Source: Chthonomonadaceae bacterium
GTDB lineage: Bacteria > Armatimonadota > Chthonomonadetes > Chthonomonadales > Chthonomonadaceae
Assembly (NCBI GenBank): GCA_035650735.1
Contig: DASRGZ010000116.1
Span: 1 to 34,371, forward strand
Length of the DNA: 34,371 nucleotides
Direction: 5' to 3'
Below are positions 18,482 through 27,451 of this stretch, piece after piece. The position numbers were made by a program, and so were the translations under genes. The stretch's first letter is position 1; each line of letters starts with the position of its first letter. The notes below the pieces were generated by a model, which saw nothing but the letters and a program-made list of their open reading frames with translations, was not told the origin of the DNA and did no database searches.

Positions 18482-18692
18482 AGGGTGAGATCACCCGGCA
18501 CTCCCTCACAACTTCGGCGACCGGGACGAGGCCCGCAGGCAGCCGCCTACTTCGCCCCGTGGAACGGTCGCCGAAGAGATATTTGTATAAAACAACACAA
18601 CCCATCCCTAGCGTTGTGAACTCGGCACTGTCCTTCTGAGCGACGCTCAAAATTCGAATTCTCAGGGCCGGGTTTTCGCAGTTCTGTACGGG

Positions 18693-19745
18693 CTAGGCCA
18701 GGCTCAGGTTCGTCAGCACTTGCGACAGGTTCCGGGCCATCAGGCCGACGGCGGCGGCGGCGCGGTTATAGTCCATGCGCGTCGGGCCGAGCACAGCCAG
18801 AAAGCCGGCGGGCCGGGTATGAATATAATAAGACGACGTGACGAGGCTGCATTCCTGCATCGGCTCGTACTCGTTCTCGGAGCCAATGATGACGGTCACG
18901 TTGCGATTGAACAGCGCGCGGCTCAACACCTGATAGAGCGCGCTGCGCCGTTCCAGCGCGTTGAGCAGGTTCTCCAGGCGGCCTACGTCTTTGAATTCCG
19001 GCTGGCGCAAGATCTGATTGGTGCCCTCCAGGAAGATGCGCCGCTCGGAGAGCGCCTGCGCGGTCTGCTTCAGGGCGGCGAATATCTTCGCCAGAGACGC
19101 GGCGTAGGCGGCAAGTTCCGTGGGAACCTCCGGCAGGACCGCCGCGCGCCCGATCTCCTCTAAATCCCGGTCGGCAAGCCGCGCATTCAGGTAGTTTGCC
19201 AGCATCACCAGTGCGCTATCCGCTGGCGCCATCTCCATCTCTACCAGACGGTGCTCCACGTGGCCGGTAGACAGCAGCACGACCATCAGCGCGTGGCGCG
19301 GGCTGGCGTTGCTCAGATAGATGCGGCGTATCCTGGTCGCGGGGGTAGCCGGGTCCGTGACGAGCGACGGATAGGAGGTCAGGTTGGCGAGGATGCGGCA
19401 GGTCTGGACTACGATCTCCTCAATATCCTGCGGCGCCTGCTCATAGCTGGCCCGCGCGCGGGCGGCCTCTTCCTGAGTGAGCGCCGCTGGCGGGTTCATC
19501 CAGGCGTTGACGTAGTACCGATAGCCCCGATCCGTCGGGATGCGCCCGGCCGAGGTGTGCGGCTGCGCCAGGTAGCCTAGTTCCGCCATCTCCGCCATCT
19601 CGTTACGGATGGTGGCGGACTTGCACCCGAAATTGTGATGCGTGACCAACCATTCGGAACCGACCGGCTCTGCTGTCGTTATATAATCATCCACGATAGC
19701 TTGTAGAATACGGCCTTTACGAGTATCTAGCTGCGGCATAGGCAT
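18693..19745 (-). CDS. hrcA: Heat-inducible transcription repressor HrcA
   Basis: ILQAIVDDYI.TAEPVGS, SATIRNEMA, QPHTSAGRIPTDRGYRYYV, LGPTRMDY; start MPMPQL with AGGAGG. Confidence 0.95.
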   Translation of the reverse strand: MPMPQLDTRKGRILQAIVDDYITTAEPVGSEWLVTHHNFGCKSATIRNEMAEMAELGYLAQPHTSAGRIPTDRGYRYYVNAWMNPPAALTQEEAARARASYEQAPQDIEEIVVQTCRILANLTSYPSLVTDPATPATRIRRIYLSNASPRHALMVVLLSTGHVEHRLVEMEMAPADSALVMLANYLNARLADRDLEEIGRAAVLPEVPTELAAYAASLAKIFAALKQTAQALSERRIFLEGTNQILRQPEFKDVGRLENLLNALERRSALYQVLSRALFNRNVTVIIGSENEYEPMQECSLVTSSYYIHTRPAGFLAVLGPTRMDYNRAAAAVGLMARNLSQVLTNLSLA

Positions 19746-19895
19746 AGAGGTTCGCGCCTCCTGAACCCCGAAATCCTGCTTACGAGACCGTAGGCGAAAT
19801 GCCTGGCTCAAGGCGCATACCTTAAACAAGGCGACGAGCAAACAACAGGGGTTGTTCCCTGAAAAACCGGTGTTTAGTTATTCTTCCAGCAATAT

Positions 19896-19924
19896 ATTAT
19901 AAACGGTGGATAGCCCAATGTCAA
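19896..19924 (-). promoter_or_regulatory. Consensus sigma70 promoter of the hrcA operon
   Basis: Minus strand TTGACA-17bp-TATAAT (perfect). Confidence 0.85.
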
Positions 19925-20070
19925 GGCGGACCGAACGGGGAATCCACGCCAGCGACGTCCTCTCTCCGGGCCCCCTTCACGCAGGGTCCAACTTTTTGAA
20001 GTCCCTTTCCATCAGGCCAGAACGCCAAAGACATCGGCAGCGATTCAATATTCCCCTAATGGGGCCTGCC

Positions 20071-20099
20071 TTGACACCGACGTCTGCGAATGCTAGACT
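20071..20099 (+). promoter_or_regulatory. Sigma70 promoter of the dioxygenase gene
   Basis: TTGACA-17bp-TAGACT with TGn extension. Confidence 0.75.
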
Positions 20100-20137
20100 G
20101 TCTTGAATACACGCCTATCTCGCCTGGAGGATCGAAG

Positions 20138-21025
20138 ATGCCCTCAACTTCCACAGTCACCGTGCAAGATATCGAAGTGTTTGCCGACGACCTGGATATA
20201 CAGCGCGCCGCCGCCATCTATAAGGAGCACGGCTGCCTGGTCGTACGCGGACTGATGAAGCCCTATGTGCCGGAACTGCTGCGCGACATCGAGGCCACCG
20301 CCGCCCAATCCCTCGCGCTGCTGGATGAGGCCAGGCAAGTGCCGGAGGGCTGGGTCACCCCGAACGGTACGCTCTTCCTGCCCGCCCCGCCCGGCTTTCA
20401 GCGCGACAAGCAAATCATGGTGCTGGGCATCAGCTACTATACCAGCGCCGCCTTCTTCCGCTCCGCCTTTGACGAGAAGGCTGTGGACATTGTGGAGGCC
20501 ATTCTCGGCCCTAACATCGAGCTCTTCATCAACGGGCAGTGCCTCTACAAGGAACCGGTCGGCGGGCATCCCAAGCACCTGCACCAAGATGCTGCCTACT
20601 TTGAGCATCGCTACGAGGGGCCGGTCGCTATCCTGAGCTACGCGGTGGATACCGACCTGGTTAACGGCGCGCTGCATGTGGTGCCGGGATCGCATAAGAT
20701 GGGCGTCCTCAAGCATGTGGATACCTTCTCGCACCTGGGCCTGGACGCAGACGAGTGGCCCTGGGAGGCGGCCCTGCCCATCACAGGCAGCGCGGGCGAC
20801 TCCATCTTCTTCCACGTCAAGACCATCCACGGCTCGCAGGAGAACCATTCGGATAAGCCGCGTCCCGCCTTCATTCACCGCTATCGCCGCGCGGATGATT
20901 ACGTGGTTATCAGCGCCACGACCACCCAGAACCGCGCCGAGGCCGAAAAGCGTGCCGCCGAAGCCAAGAAGGAGAACCAGCGCGGGCTAATGGTGCGCGG
21001 CTTCCGTCCCTACTCCCCGCAGTAA
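20138..21025 (+). CDS. Phytanoyl-CoA dioxygenase (PhyH) family Fe(II)/2-oxoglutarate oxygenase
   Basis: HQD...NGALHVVPGSH...GDSIFFH..TIHGS.EN...R; GGAGG RBS before ATG at 20138. Confidence 0.87.
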   Translation: MPSTSTVTVQDIEVFADDLDIQRAAAIYKEHGCLVVRGLMKPYVPELLRDIEATAAQSLALLDEARQVPEGWVTPNGTLFLPAPPGFQRDKQIMVLGISYYTSAAFFRSAFDEKAVDIVEAILGPNIELFINGQCLYKEPVGGHPKHLHQDAAYFEHRYEGPVAILSYAVDTDLVNGALHVVPGSHKMGVLKHVDTFSHLGLDADEWPWEAALPITGSAGDSIFFHVKTIHGSQENHSDKPRPAFIHRYRRADDYVVISATTTQNRAEAEKRAAEAKKENQRGLMVRGFRPYSPQ

Positions 21026-21069
21026 CCCGGAGGGCATGAAGGCAGCACAGGCATAAGGAGACGAGAGCC

Positions 21070-21363
21070 ATGATATATACGATTGAGTTGACGCCACAGG
21101 AACTACAGCGTATTCAGAACGCGCAAGCAAAGGGCATAGATGTGACTGCCCTCTTCAAGGGCGTGATTGCGGGCCTGCCGCCCGTCGAAAAGGAACCGGT
21201 CGAGGATAGAACGCTCGAACTGTTCGCCCAATGGAAGGCTGAAGCGGAGGCGATGACCCCGGAAGAGATCGCCGCAGAAGACGCTGATTGGGATGAGATT
21301 ATGGAAAACATCCAGAAAAACCGGCTCAGTCTGCCCGTACCTGATGTGTCCGACCATGATTAA
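21070..21363 (+). CDS. Small acidic hypothetical protein, probable antitoxin
   Basis: 97 aa, AAGGAG RBS, immediately upstream of a PIN-domain gene. Confidence 0.6.
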   Translation: MIYTIELTPQELQRIQNAQAKGIDVTALFKGVIAGLPPVEKEPVEDRTLELFAQWKAEAEAMTPEEIAAEDADWDEIMENIQKNRLSLPVPDVSDHD

Positions 21364-21437
21364 GACTATTACTGGCTGCTGGCCGATGCGGTAGAGGAGG
21401 CAAAGGATGATGTGTCCGACCATGACTAAGACCATTA
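21342..21437 (+). repeat. Duplicated antitoxin/toxin junction (30-bp direct repeat, 66-bp period)
   Basis: tgatgtgtccgaccatgattaagactatta (21342-21371) vs tgatgtgtccgaccatgactaagaccatta (21408-21437), 28/30 identical. Confidence 0.8.
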
Positions 21438-21882
21438 TCCTGGACACTACCCCACTGGGTCTGGCGGTACAACGTCCAGGCAGGCCCACAGCCGATGCCT
21501 GTCAACTATGGATCGCAGACTGCGTTCGTGCTGATCACCGTATCCTTGTGCCAGAGGTCGCAGATTACGAAGTCAGGCGAGAATTGATACGTGCGCAAAA
21601 GGCGACAAGCATCGCCCGGTTGGATGCCTTCAATGCCGCCGTGACTGGCCGTTATCCGCCCATTACCACGACTGCCATGCGGCTTGCCGCCGATCTGTGG
21701 GCGCAGGCCCGTAATCAAGGAGTACCGACCGCCGACGTGCAGGCATTGGACAGTGATGTTATCCTGGCGGCGCAGGCGCTCTCGCTTGGGCTGCCGCCTG
21801 TGGAAATCGTGTCGCGACCGGCAATATACGTCACATCGCTCGCTTCGTGGCCACTGATCTATGGCACAATATTGTGCCCTGA
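21422..21882 (+). pseudogene. PIN-domain (VapC-like) toxin with a 1-bp frameshift near the C-terminus
   Basis: IILDTTPLG, PEVADYEVRREL, AADLWA, LDSDVILAAQA. The family-like end VATGNIRHIARFVATDLWHNIVP* is in another frame from 21811 (gaa atc gt|gtc gcg acc). Confidence 0.75.
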
Positions 21883-21903
21883 GCGGCAACAGGAATTATC
21901 CGC

Positions 21904-24900
21904 TTGAAAGATGCACTTTCCGGCAGGCAGCGTTTTCGACAAGCGCCGTCTGCCTTAGCCTTTCTAGGCGGCGCGCTCGTGCTGGCGGCGGTCTGTCTGC
22001 TGGGCGCGGCGAGTGCGCGCAGCCGGACGCCTGGTCTCCCATTCCTGAAGGGAGGGGCAGGGCCGGATAGCGCCGCCATCCCCGGCGAACTGAACGCCCT
22101 GCTGTCCCGGGCCGTCGCCGCCGCCAACGACCGCAATCCGGAGGCGTTTGCGCCGCTGGCCGTTGCGGACGGCGCGCGTACCTTCGACTGGGTGCGCAGC
22201 CGGACGAGCGATTGGGAGGGCGAGGCGCTGGCCGTTCCGACCGCCGTGGGCGTTAAGGCAGCGGCAGCGCCCGTCTATCTGGCCGTCTTCCACGCCTGGC
22301 ACACTTGCGAGAGCGACGGGGATCATATCCACACGCTCGTACAGACCGCGCAGGGCTGGCGGCTTGGGCCGGAGATTCCCGAAACCGAGACCGGCGGCTT
22401 CCGCGTGCGCGATCACGACCTGCGCGTTGCCCTGGATGTGCCCGCCAGGGCCGCGCGGATCGCCGATTGCGTCCGCGTGGAGCGCACGCAGCCGGACGTT
22501 CCTGCCTACGGGCTGCTGCGGCTCTCGCAGGATTTCCGCGTCAGCGCGATCACCCGCGACCATTTCGGCGGCGCTCCGGTCGCGTTTCGGCAGGCAGGGG
22601 GCGTGATCGCCTTCGCGCCGCCCGCCGAGAAGACCTTCACGCTCTGCCTGCAATATGCGGGCATCGTCGATCACCGGGGCAGCGATTACATTGCCGACGA
22701 CGAGGCGACGCTGAACTCCTACTGGTATCCGCACAGCGCGCGCCTGCCCGCTACCGCCACAGTCACCATCACCGCACCGCCCGGCTGGGAGGCCATCGCG
22801 CCGGGCGAGCGCACCTATGAGCGGCGTGCCGCCGACGGTACGGTGACCGTTACCTACCGCAACGAGGTCCCGATCAGCTTCCTCACGCTTGATGCGGGCC
22901 GCTACACCGTCACCACGCGCCCCTACAAGGACCGCACCCTGGCCGTCTACCTCCGGATGCCCGACGATGCGCTCGCCAATCGCTGCCTGGATACGCTGGA
23001 GCGCACCCTGGCCTTCTATGAGGCGCGTTTCGGGCCGTATCCCTACACGCGCTACAGCGTCGTGGAGACGCAGGGGCCGTTTGGCGGAGCGCTGGAAGCC
23101 TATTCGTTCGCCACGTTCGGACGCGGGATGCTGCCCGGCTCGATCCCGCACGAGCTGGCCCATACCTGGTGGGGCGGCCTGGTCGCCTGCACCTATACCC
23201 GCTCGATGTGGAACGAGTCGTTTGCGGAGTACTCCAGCGGCCTGTTCTATCGTGAGACCGTCTCCTCCGTCGCGGGCGTGCCGCCGAGCCGCCCCCCCCG
23301 GGAGCGCCTCCTTTCCGCCGCAGCGTATCCCGTTCCGCTCACCCAGGCCCGCGATACCGGCGATAGCCGGGAGGCGGCGGTCGGTTATAGCAAGGGCGCG
23401 CGCGTGCTGCGTGTGCTGGAATCCGAGCTGGGCGAGGAGACGATGGGACGCTGCCTGGCGGCTTTTGTCGCCGCGCACCCACGCGGCCTCCCCGCCGAGT
23501 GGGCCGACTTTGAGGCCGTCGTTCGGCAGGTCACGGGCAAGGACTATCGCTGGTTCTTCTCCCAATGGACGGAACGGCCCGGCCTGCCCGCCCTCCAGCT
23601 TGCCAATGTACAAGCCCATCGGGCCGAGAACGGCGCCTTCCTGATCGCCGGGGACATCCTCCAGAGCGGCGAGCCGTATCGCCTATCGGTCCCGCTGCGG
23701 CTGGAGTTGCGCGACGGCTCGGCGATCACGCAGACGGTGCCGGTCGCGGAGGCGCGCACCCGGATTCAACTGCGCGCCCCCGCGCCCCCGCAGCGGCTTC
23801 TGCTGGACCCGGAGGGCATTGTGCCGCTGGCCCTGCCGTTCGGCACGCCCGACACCGCTGACCCAACGACCTACGAGTTTGCTGATCTTGGCCTGACCCT
23901 CCGGCCTCCTTCCCAGAGGGGGAAGGAGAAGAGGCCCCCACCCCCTTCCCACTGCAAGGGGGTGGGGGCGGCCCTACACCCTACACCCTATCCCCTACAC
24001 CCTAACGAGGGGCCGGGGGTGAGGTCTGCTGGAGTGCGGGCCGCCAGTCTCAATGCCTTTCTGCGCCGTGCGGCCCACGTTATCAATCGCGGCGACCGGG
24101 CCGCGATTGCCTCCCTGTGCAGCCCGGAGAGCAACAACCCTGCAGACTGGTTCGGGCCGGAGAGCGCGCTTCCCGCCAGCGACCCGGCCAACGCGCGGCC
24201 CTGGCGCGCGCTGTCGCTGGCGCTGCCGGCGCAAGGAGACGAGCCGCCACAAACGCTGGCGGTCTTCAGCCGGTATCATCCTGCCGAAAGTCAGGGCGAT
24301 CACGTTTTCGTGCTGGGGCAGCAGCGGGGACAGTGGCGGCTTGGGAGGGAGATCTCCGAGGCGGCAGCGCAGGGCGTCCGGCTGCGCTCCCATCGCGCCC
24401 AGATTACGCTGGAGCCGGGGACGGGTACGCTGCGCGCCGTTGACCGCTGCGCCCTCACGCCCGACCGGGATCAAACCCAACTGGCGGCGCGCGGCATCTT
24501 CCTGCTGCGCCTGGGAGCCGATTATACGGTGGACTCCCTGCGCTGGGCCAATCGCCCGGTCTGGTTTCGGCAGGCCGGCGGCGTCCTGGCCGTGCGTCTG
24601 CCCGATGGCGCGCGGACTGCCCCTGCCGGGAAGACCGCCGGGGCCAATGCGACGGCCACGCTGGAGATCGCCTATCATGGGCGCGCGGCGCAGAGCGGCG
24701 AGGACTTCATCACGCCCACAGAGGCGGCCCTCAGCGGCTACTGGCTGCCGCATACCGGACGCCAGCCGGCTACCTGCGAGATCGCGCTGACCGTGCCGCG
24801 CGGCTGGATGGCCTTTACCCAGGGTGTCGCGGTCGGCAAGGCGGTAACGGTGGGCGGACGTGCCGTGACCTTCACCTATCGCAACGCGCTCCCCGTCTGC

Positions 24901-25932
24901 TACCCTAGTCTGGCAGCCGGGCCGTTTCGCCTGCTATCCCGCCCGCCCGCAAAGGGCGACCCTTACGGCATCACGGTCGCCTATCTCCATGCCGGAGATC
25001 GGGACCTGGCACAACAGGCTTATCAGACCGCACAGGCGGCGCTGCATTTCTATCACACCCATTTCGCGCCCTTTCCCTATCCGCGTTTCACCGTCGTCAT
25101 CAGCGCCCGTTACCGCATGGCCCTGGAAGGCTACTCCATGACCACTATTGCGCGCGGATACGTGCCCAATGTCCTGCCCCACGAGATCGCGCACACCTGG
25201 TGGGGCGGCTTCATCCCCAACACCTACCTGCAAGATATGTGGGACGAGGCGTTGGCGGAGTATTCCGACGGCCTCTACGCGCGCCGGACCGGACGCCGCG
25301 ATAGCGCGCACGAGGAGGAGATTCGCCTGGTGCGCACGACGGGCATCCTGGCGCAGGCGCCGCGTCTCTCGCTGCTGCAAGCCCACGATCCGCTGGAGCT
25401 AAAGCAAGCCTTGATTGGCTATATGAAAGGCAGCCTGGTGCTGGAGACGTTGGAGGCGATGCTGGGGCGCGGGCGGATGCTGGCGTGTCTGCGGGCCTTT
25501 GTGGCGCGGCGCGTGCCCGGCGAAGCGGCCACCTGGCAGGATTTTGCGCGCGCCGTGACTGCCACTGCCGGCGCGGAATGGCAGGGATTTTTCGATGCCT
25601 GGCTGTCGGGGACGGGCCTGCCAGGACTGCGCCTGGAAAACGTGCATATTGAGCGCGAGGCGCAGGGAAACATACGCGCGGTAACCGCCGAGATCGCGCA
25701 GGAGGCAGGCACAGCGTACTGGCTGAACGTGCCGGTGGTATTGAGCCTCAAGGATGGATCGCTGCGGCGGCAGGTCGTTCCTATGAAGGCTGCGCGTGCC
25801 ACCGTGCGCTTTGAGATCGCCGCCAGCGCCAAGCCGGACACGCTGGAGATAGACCCGCAGAGCACGCTCCTGCGCGCCCATGAGCCTTCCCAGGCCGCAC
25901 CGACGCTCTACCGGTTTGAGCAGCGGGAGTAG
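21904..25932 (+). CDS. Secreted tandem double M1-family (gluzincin) aminopeptidase
   Basis: Signal peptide. Two homologous halves: GGALEA..HELAHTWWGG..WNESFAEY..GYSKG and RMALEG..HEIAHTWWGG..WDEALAEY..GYMKG. Start (TTG) uncertain. Confidence 0.82.
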   Translation: MKDALSGRQRFRQAPSALAFLGGALVLAAVCLLGAASARSRTPGLPFLKGGAGPDSAAIPGELNALLSRAVAAANDRNPEAFAPLAVADGARTFDWVRSRTSDWEGEALAVPTAVGVKAAAAPVYLAVFHAWHTCESDGDHIHTLVQTAQGWRLGPEIPETETGGFRVRDHDLRVALDVPARAARIADCVRVERTQPDVPAYGLLRLSQDFRVSAITRDHFGGAPVAFRQAGGVIAFAPPAEKTFTLCLQYAGIVDHRGSDYIADDEATLNSYWYPHSARLPATATVTITAPPGWEAIAPGERTYERRAADGTVTVTYRNEVPISFLTLDAGRYTVTTRPYKDRTLAVYLRMPDDALANRCLDTLERTLAFYEARFGPYPYTRYSVVETQGPFGGALEAYSFATFGRGMLPGSIPHELAHTWWGGLVACTYTRSMWNESFAEYSSGLFYRETVSSVAGVPPSRPPRERLLSAAAYPVPLTQARDTGDSREAAVGYSKGARVLRVLESELGEETMGRCLAAFVAAHPRGLPAEWADFEAVVRQVTGKDYRWFFSQWTERPGLPALQLANVQAHRAENGAFLIAGDILQSGEPYRLSVPLRLELRDGSAITQTVPVAEARTRIQLRAPAPPQRLLLDPEGIVPLALPFGTPDTADPTTYEFADLGLTLRPPSQRGKEKRPPPPSHCKGVGAALHPTPYPLHPNEGPGVRSAGVRAASLNAFLRRAAHVINRGDRAAIASLCSPESNNPADWFGPESALPASDPANARPWRALSLALPAQGDEPPQTLAVFSRYHPAESQGDHVFVLGQQRGQWRLGREISEAAAQGVRLRSHRAQITLEPGTGTLRAVDRCALTPDRDQTQLAARGIFLLRLGADYTVDSLRWANRPVWFRQAGGVLAVRLPDGARTAPAGKTAGANATATLEIAYHGRAAQSGEDFITPTEAALSGYWLPHTGRQPATCEIALTVPRGWMAFTQGVAVGKAVTVGGRAVTFTYRNALPVCYPSLAAGPFRLLSRPPAKGDPYGITVAYLHAGDRDLAQQAYQTAQAALHFYHTHFAPFPYPRFTVVISARYRMALEGYSMTTIARGYVPNVLPHEIAHTWWGGFIPNTYLQDMWDEALAEYSDGLYARRTGRRDSAHEEEIRLVRTTGILAQAPRLSLLQAHDPLELKQALIGYMKGSLVLETLEAMLGRGRMLACLRAFVARRVPGEAATWQDFARAVTATAGAEWQGFFDAWLSGTGLPGLRLENVHIEREAQGNIRAVTAEIAQEAGTAYWLNVPVVLSLKDGSLRRQVVPMKAARATVRFEIAASAKPDTLEIDPQSTLLRAHEPSQAAPTLYRFEQRE
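23891..24026. repeat. REP-like/heptamer composite repeat lying in frame inside the peptidase gene
   Basis: Outer inverted repeat cctgaccctccggcctcct.../aggggccgggggtgagg; 14-bp perfect hairpin 23934-23969; (CCCTACA)-type heptamer x4+ at 23972-24004. Confidence 0.75.
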
Positions 25933-26029
25933 CAGCCGGCCCGCGTCCTGCGCCCGACTTTCCCCTCCATTCCGGCGAGTCTGAGCTTGTCATAGAGGGC
26001 CTTGTTGCAGCCGATTTGCGCTCTATTCC

Positions 26030-27403
26030 CTACTTCCCCGTTCCCCCACCGGAACGGGCCTCTAGCGATTCCAGGGGCGCCTCGCCGACCGTGTAAAACG
26101 AGCCGGTGACAAGCACCATGTCCTGAGGCGTGGCGGCGGCGAGTGCGGCGCGCACGGCCTCCGGCACCGAAGGGATGACCTCCACGCACGGCACAAATCG
26201 GCGCGCGACGTGGGCGATCTCCCCGGCGGGCAGGGCGCGCTTCCAGTCCGGCTGGCAGGCATAGAGGACGTCGGCCTGCGGCGCTAGCGCCGCCAGAACT
26301 CCTTCCGGCTCGTGACCGCCGACCATCCCGACAACCAGTAGCATTCGCCGAATCTGATGCCGCTCTCGCAACTCCGCGACCGGTCCGGCCAGCGCCTCCG
26401 CCGCCAGCGCGTTATGCGCCCCATCCAGCACGACCAGCGGCCCGCCGGCAGGTCGCAGCACGCTCAGCCTGCCGGGCAGCGCAGTTGTCGCCAGCCCCTC
26501 GCGTACCGCCGCTTCGGAAAGCTCCACGCCGCGCGCCGAAAGCGCCCTCTCCACCGCCGCCACCGCGCAGGCCGCGTTCGCCCGCTGGTAGAGGCCGCCC
26601 ATCCGCATCTCCATCTGCGGATACAGGCGCGTGGGCGTGGCAATATGGACGGGGGCGGTGTGCTGGCCCCCACCCCCCCGGCCCACCTCCCACCGCACCA
26701 GGGCCGGGTCGGCCGTCGGGGCGGACGCATCGCCCCGCCGCACCAGAGTCAGGGGAACGGCGCGCTCGGCGGCAATACGGGCGATGACCTCCAGGGCTTC
26801 GGGGTGGTCAGTGGCGGTGAAGCAGGGAACGCCGGGCTTGAGAATGCCCGCTTTCTCAGCGGCGATCTGAGCGTGGGTGTCGCCCAGAATGTTGGTATGG
26901 TCCAGGCCGATGTTGGTGATGACCGTCACGGTGGGCTTGACTACGTTCGTCGCGTCTAGCCGCCCGCCCAGGCCGACCTCGATGCAGGCAAAATCCACGT
27001 TCCGCTCGGCAAAGTAGAGGAAGCCGAGCAGGGTCTTGAGTTCAAACTCGGTGGTTTGACCCAGTTCTGTCTGCGCCAGCGCCTCGATGTGCGGACGAAT
27101 CTGGGTGACCAGGCGGGCGAAGTCGGCGCGCGGTATCTTCTCGCCGTTGACCTGCACGCGCTCACAGACGTCGTAGACGTAGGGGGAGAAGTAAGCCCCA
27201 ACGTTATAGACCGCCGCACGCAGGATGCCGGCGGCCAGCGCCGTCGTCGAGCCTTTGCCCTTCGTCCCGGCGACGTGGATAATCGCATACCGATCCTGGG
27301 GGTTGCCGAGTCGGGCGCACAGCGCCTCAAAGCGCTCGTTGCCCAGCTTCCAGCCGAAGCGCAGCAGCCCGCTCATGTAGCGCAGAGCTTCCTCAAAATC
27401 CAT
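26030..27403 (-). CDS. folC: Bifunctional folylpolyglutamate synthase/dihydrofolate synthase
   Basis: IHVAGTKGKGST, EVGLGGRLDATNV, IGLDHT.ILG, EKAGI.K, LDGAHN, VTGSFY. Confidence 0.95.
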   Translation of the reverse strand: MDFEEALRYMSGLLRFGWKLGNERFEALCARLGNPQDRYAIIHVAGTKGKGSTTALAAGILRAAVYNVGAYFSPYVYDVCERVQVNGEKIPRADFARLVTQIRPHIEALAQTELGQTTEFELKTLLGFLYFAERNVDFACIEVGLGGRLDATNVVKPTVTVITNIGLDHTNILGDTHAQIAAEKAGILKPGVPCFTATDHPEALEVIARIAAERAVPLTLVRRGDASAPTADPALVRWEVGRGGGGQHTAPVHIATPTRLYPQMEMRMGGLYQRANAACAVAAVERALSARGVELSEAAVREGLATTALPGRLSVLRPAGGPLVVLDGAHNALAAEALAGPVAELRERHQIRRMLLVVGMVGGHEPEGVLAALAPQADVLYACQPDWKRALPAGEIAHVARRFVPCVEVIPSVPEAVRAALAAATPQDMVLVTGSFYTVGEAPLESLEARSGGGTGK

Positions 27404-27451
27404 ACCGCCGTCTTTTCACCTCCCAGAAGTCCACCGGTTAAGGTAGTCTGC

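Noticed and set aside
18495..18650. CIRCE-like half-sites (ggcactc, ggcactg) between hrcA and grpE
   Set aside because: No matching second half-site at N9 spacing
21342..21437. 30-bp repeat + 36-bp spacer + repeat geometry resembling a minimal CRISPR array
   Set aside because: Only two copies, not palindromic, no cas genes or leader. The repeat is coding sequence of a TA junction, so duplication/deletion explains it better.
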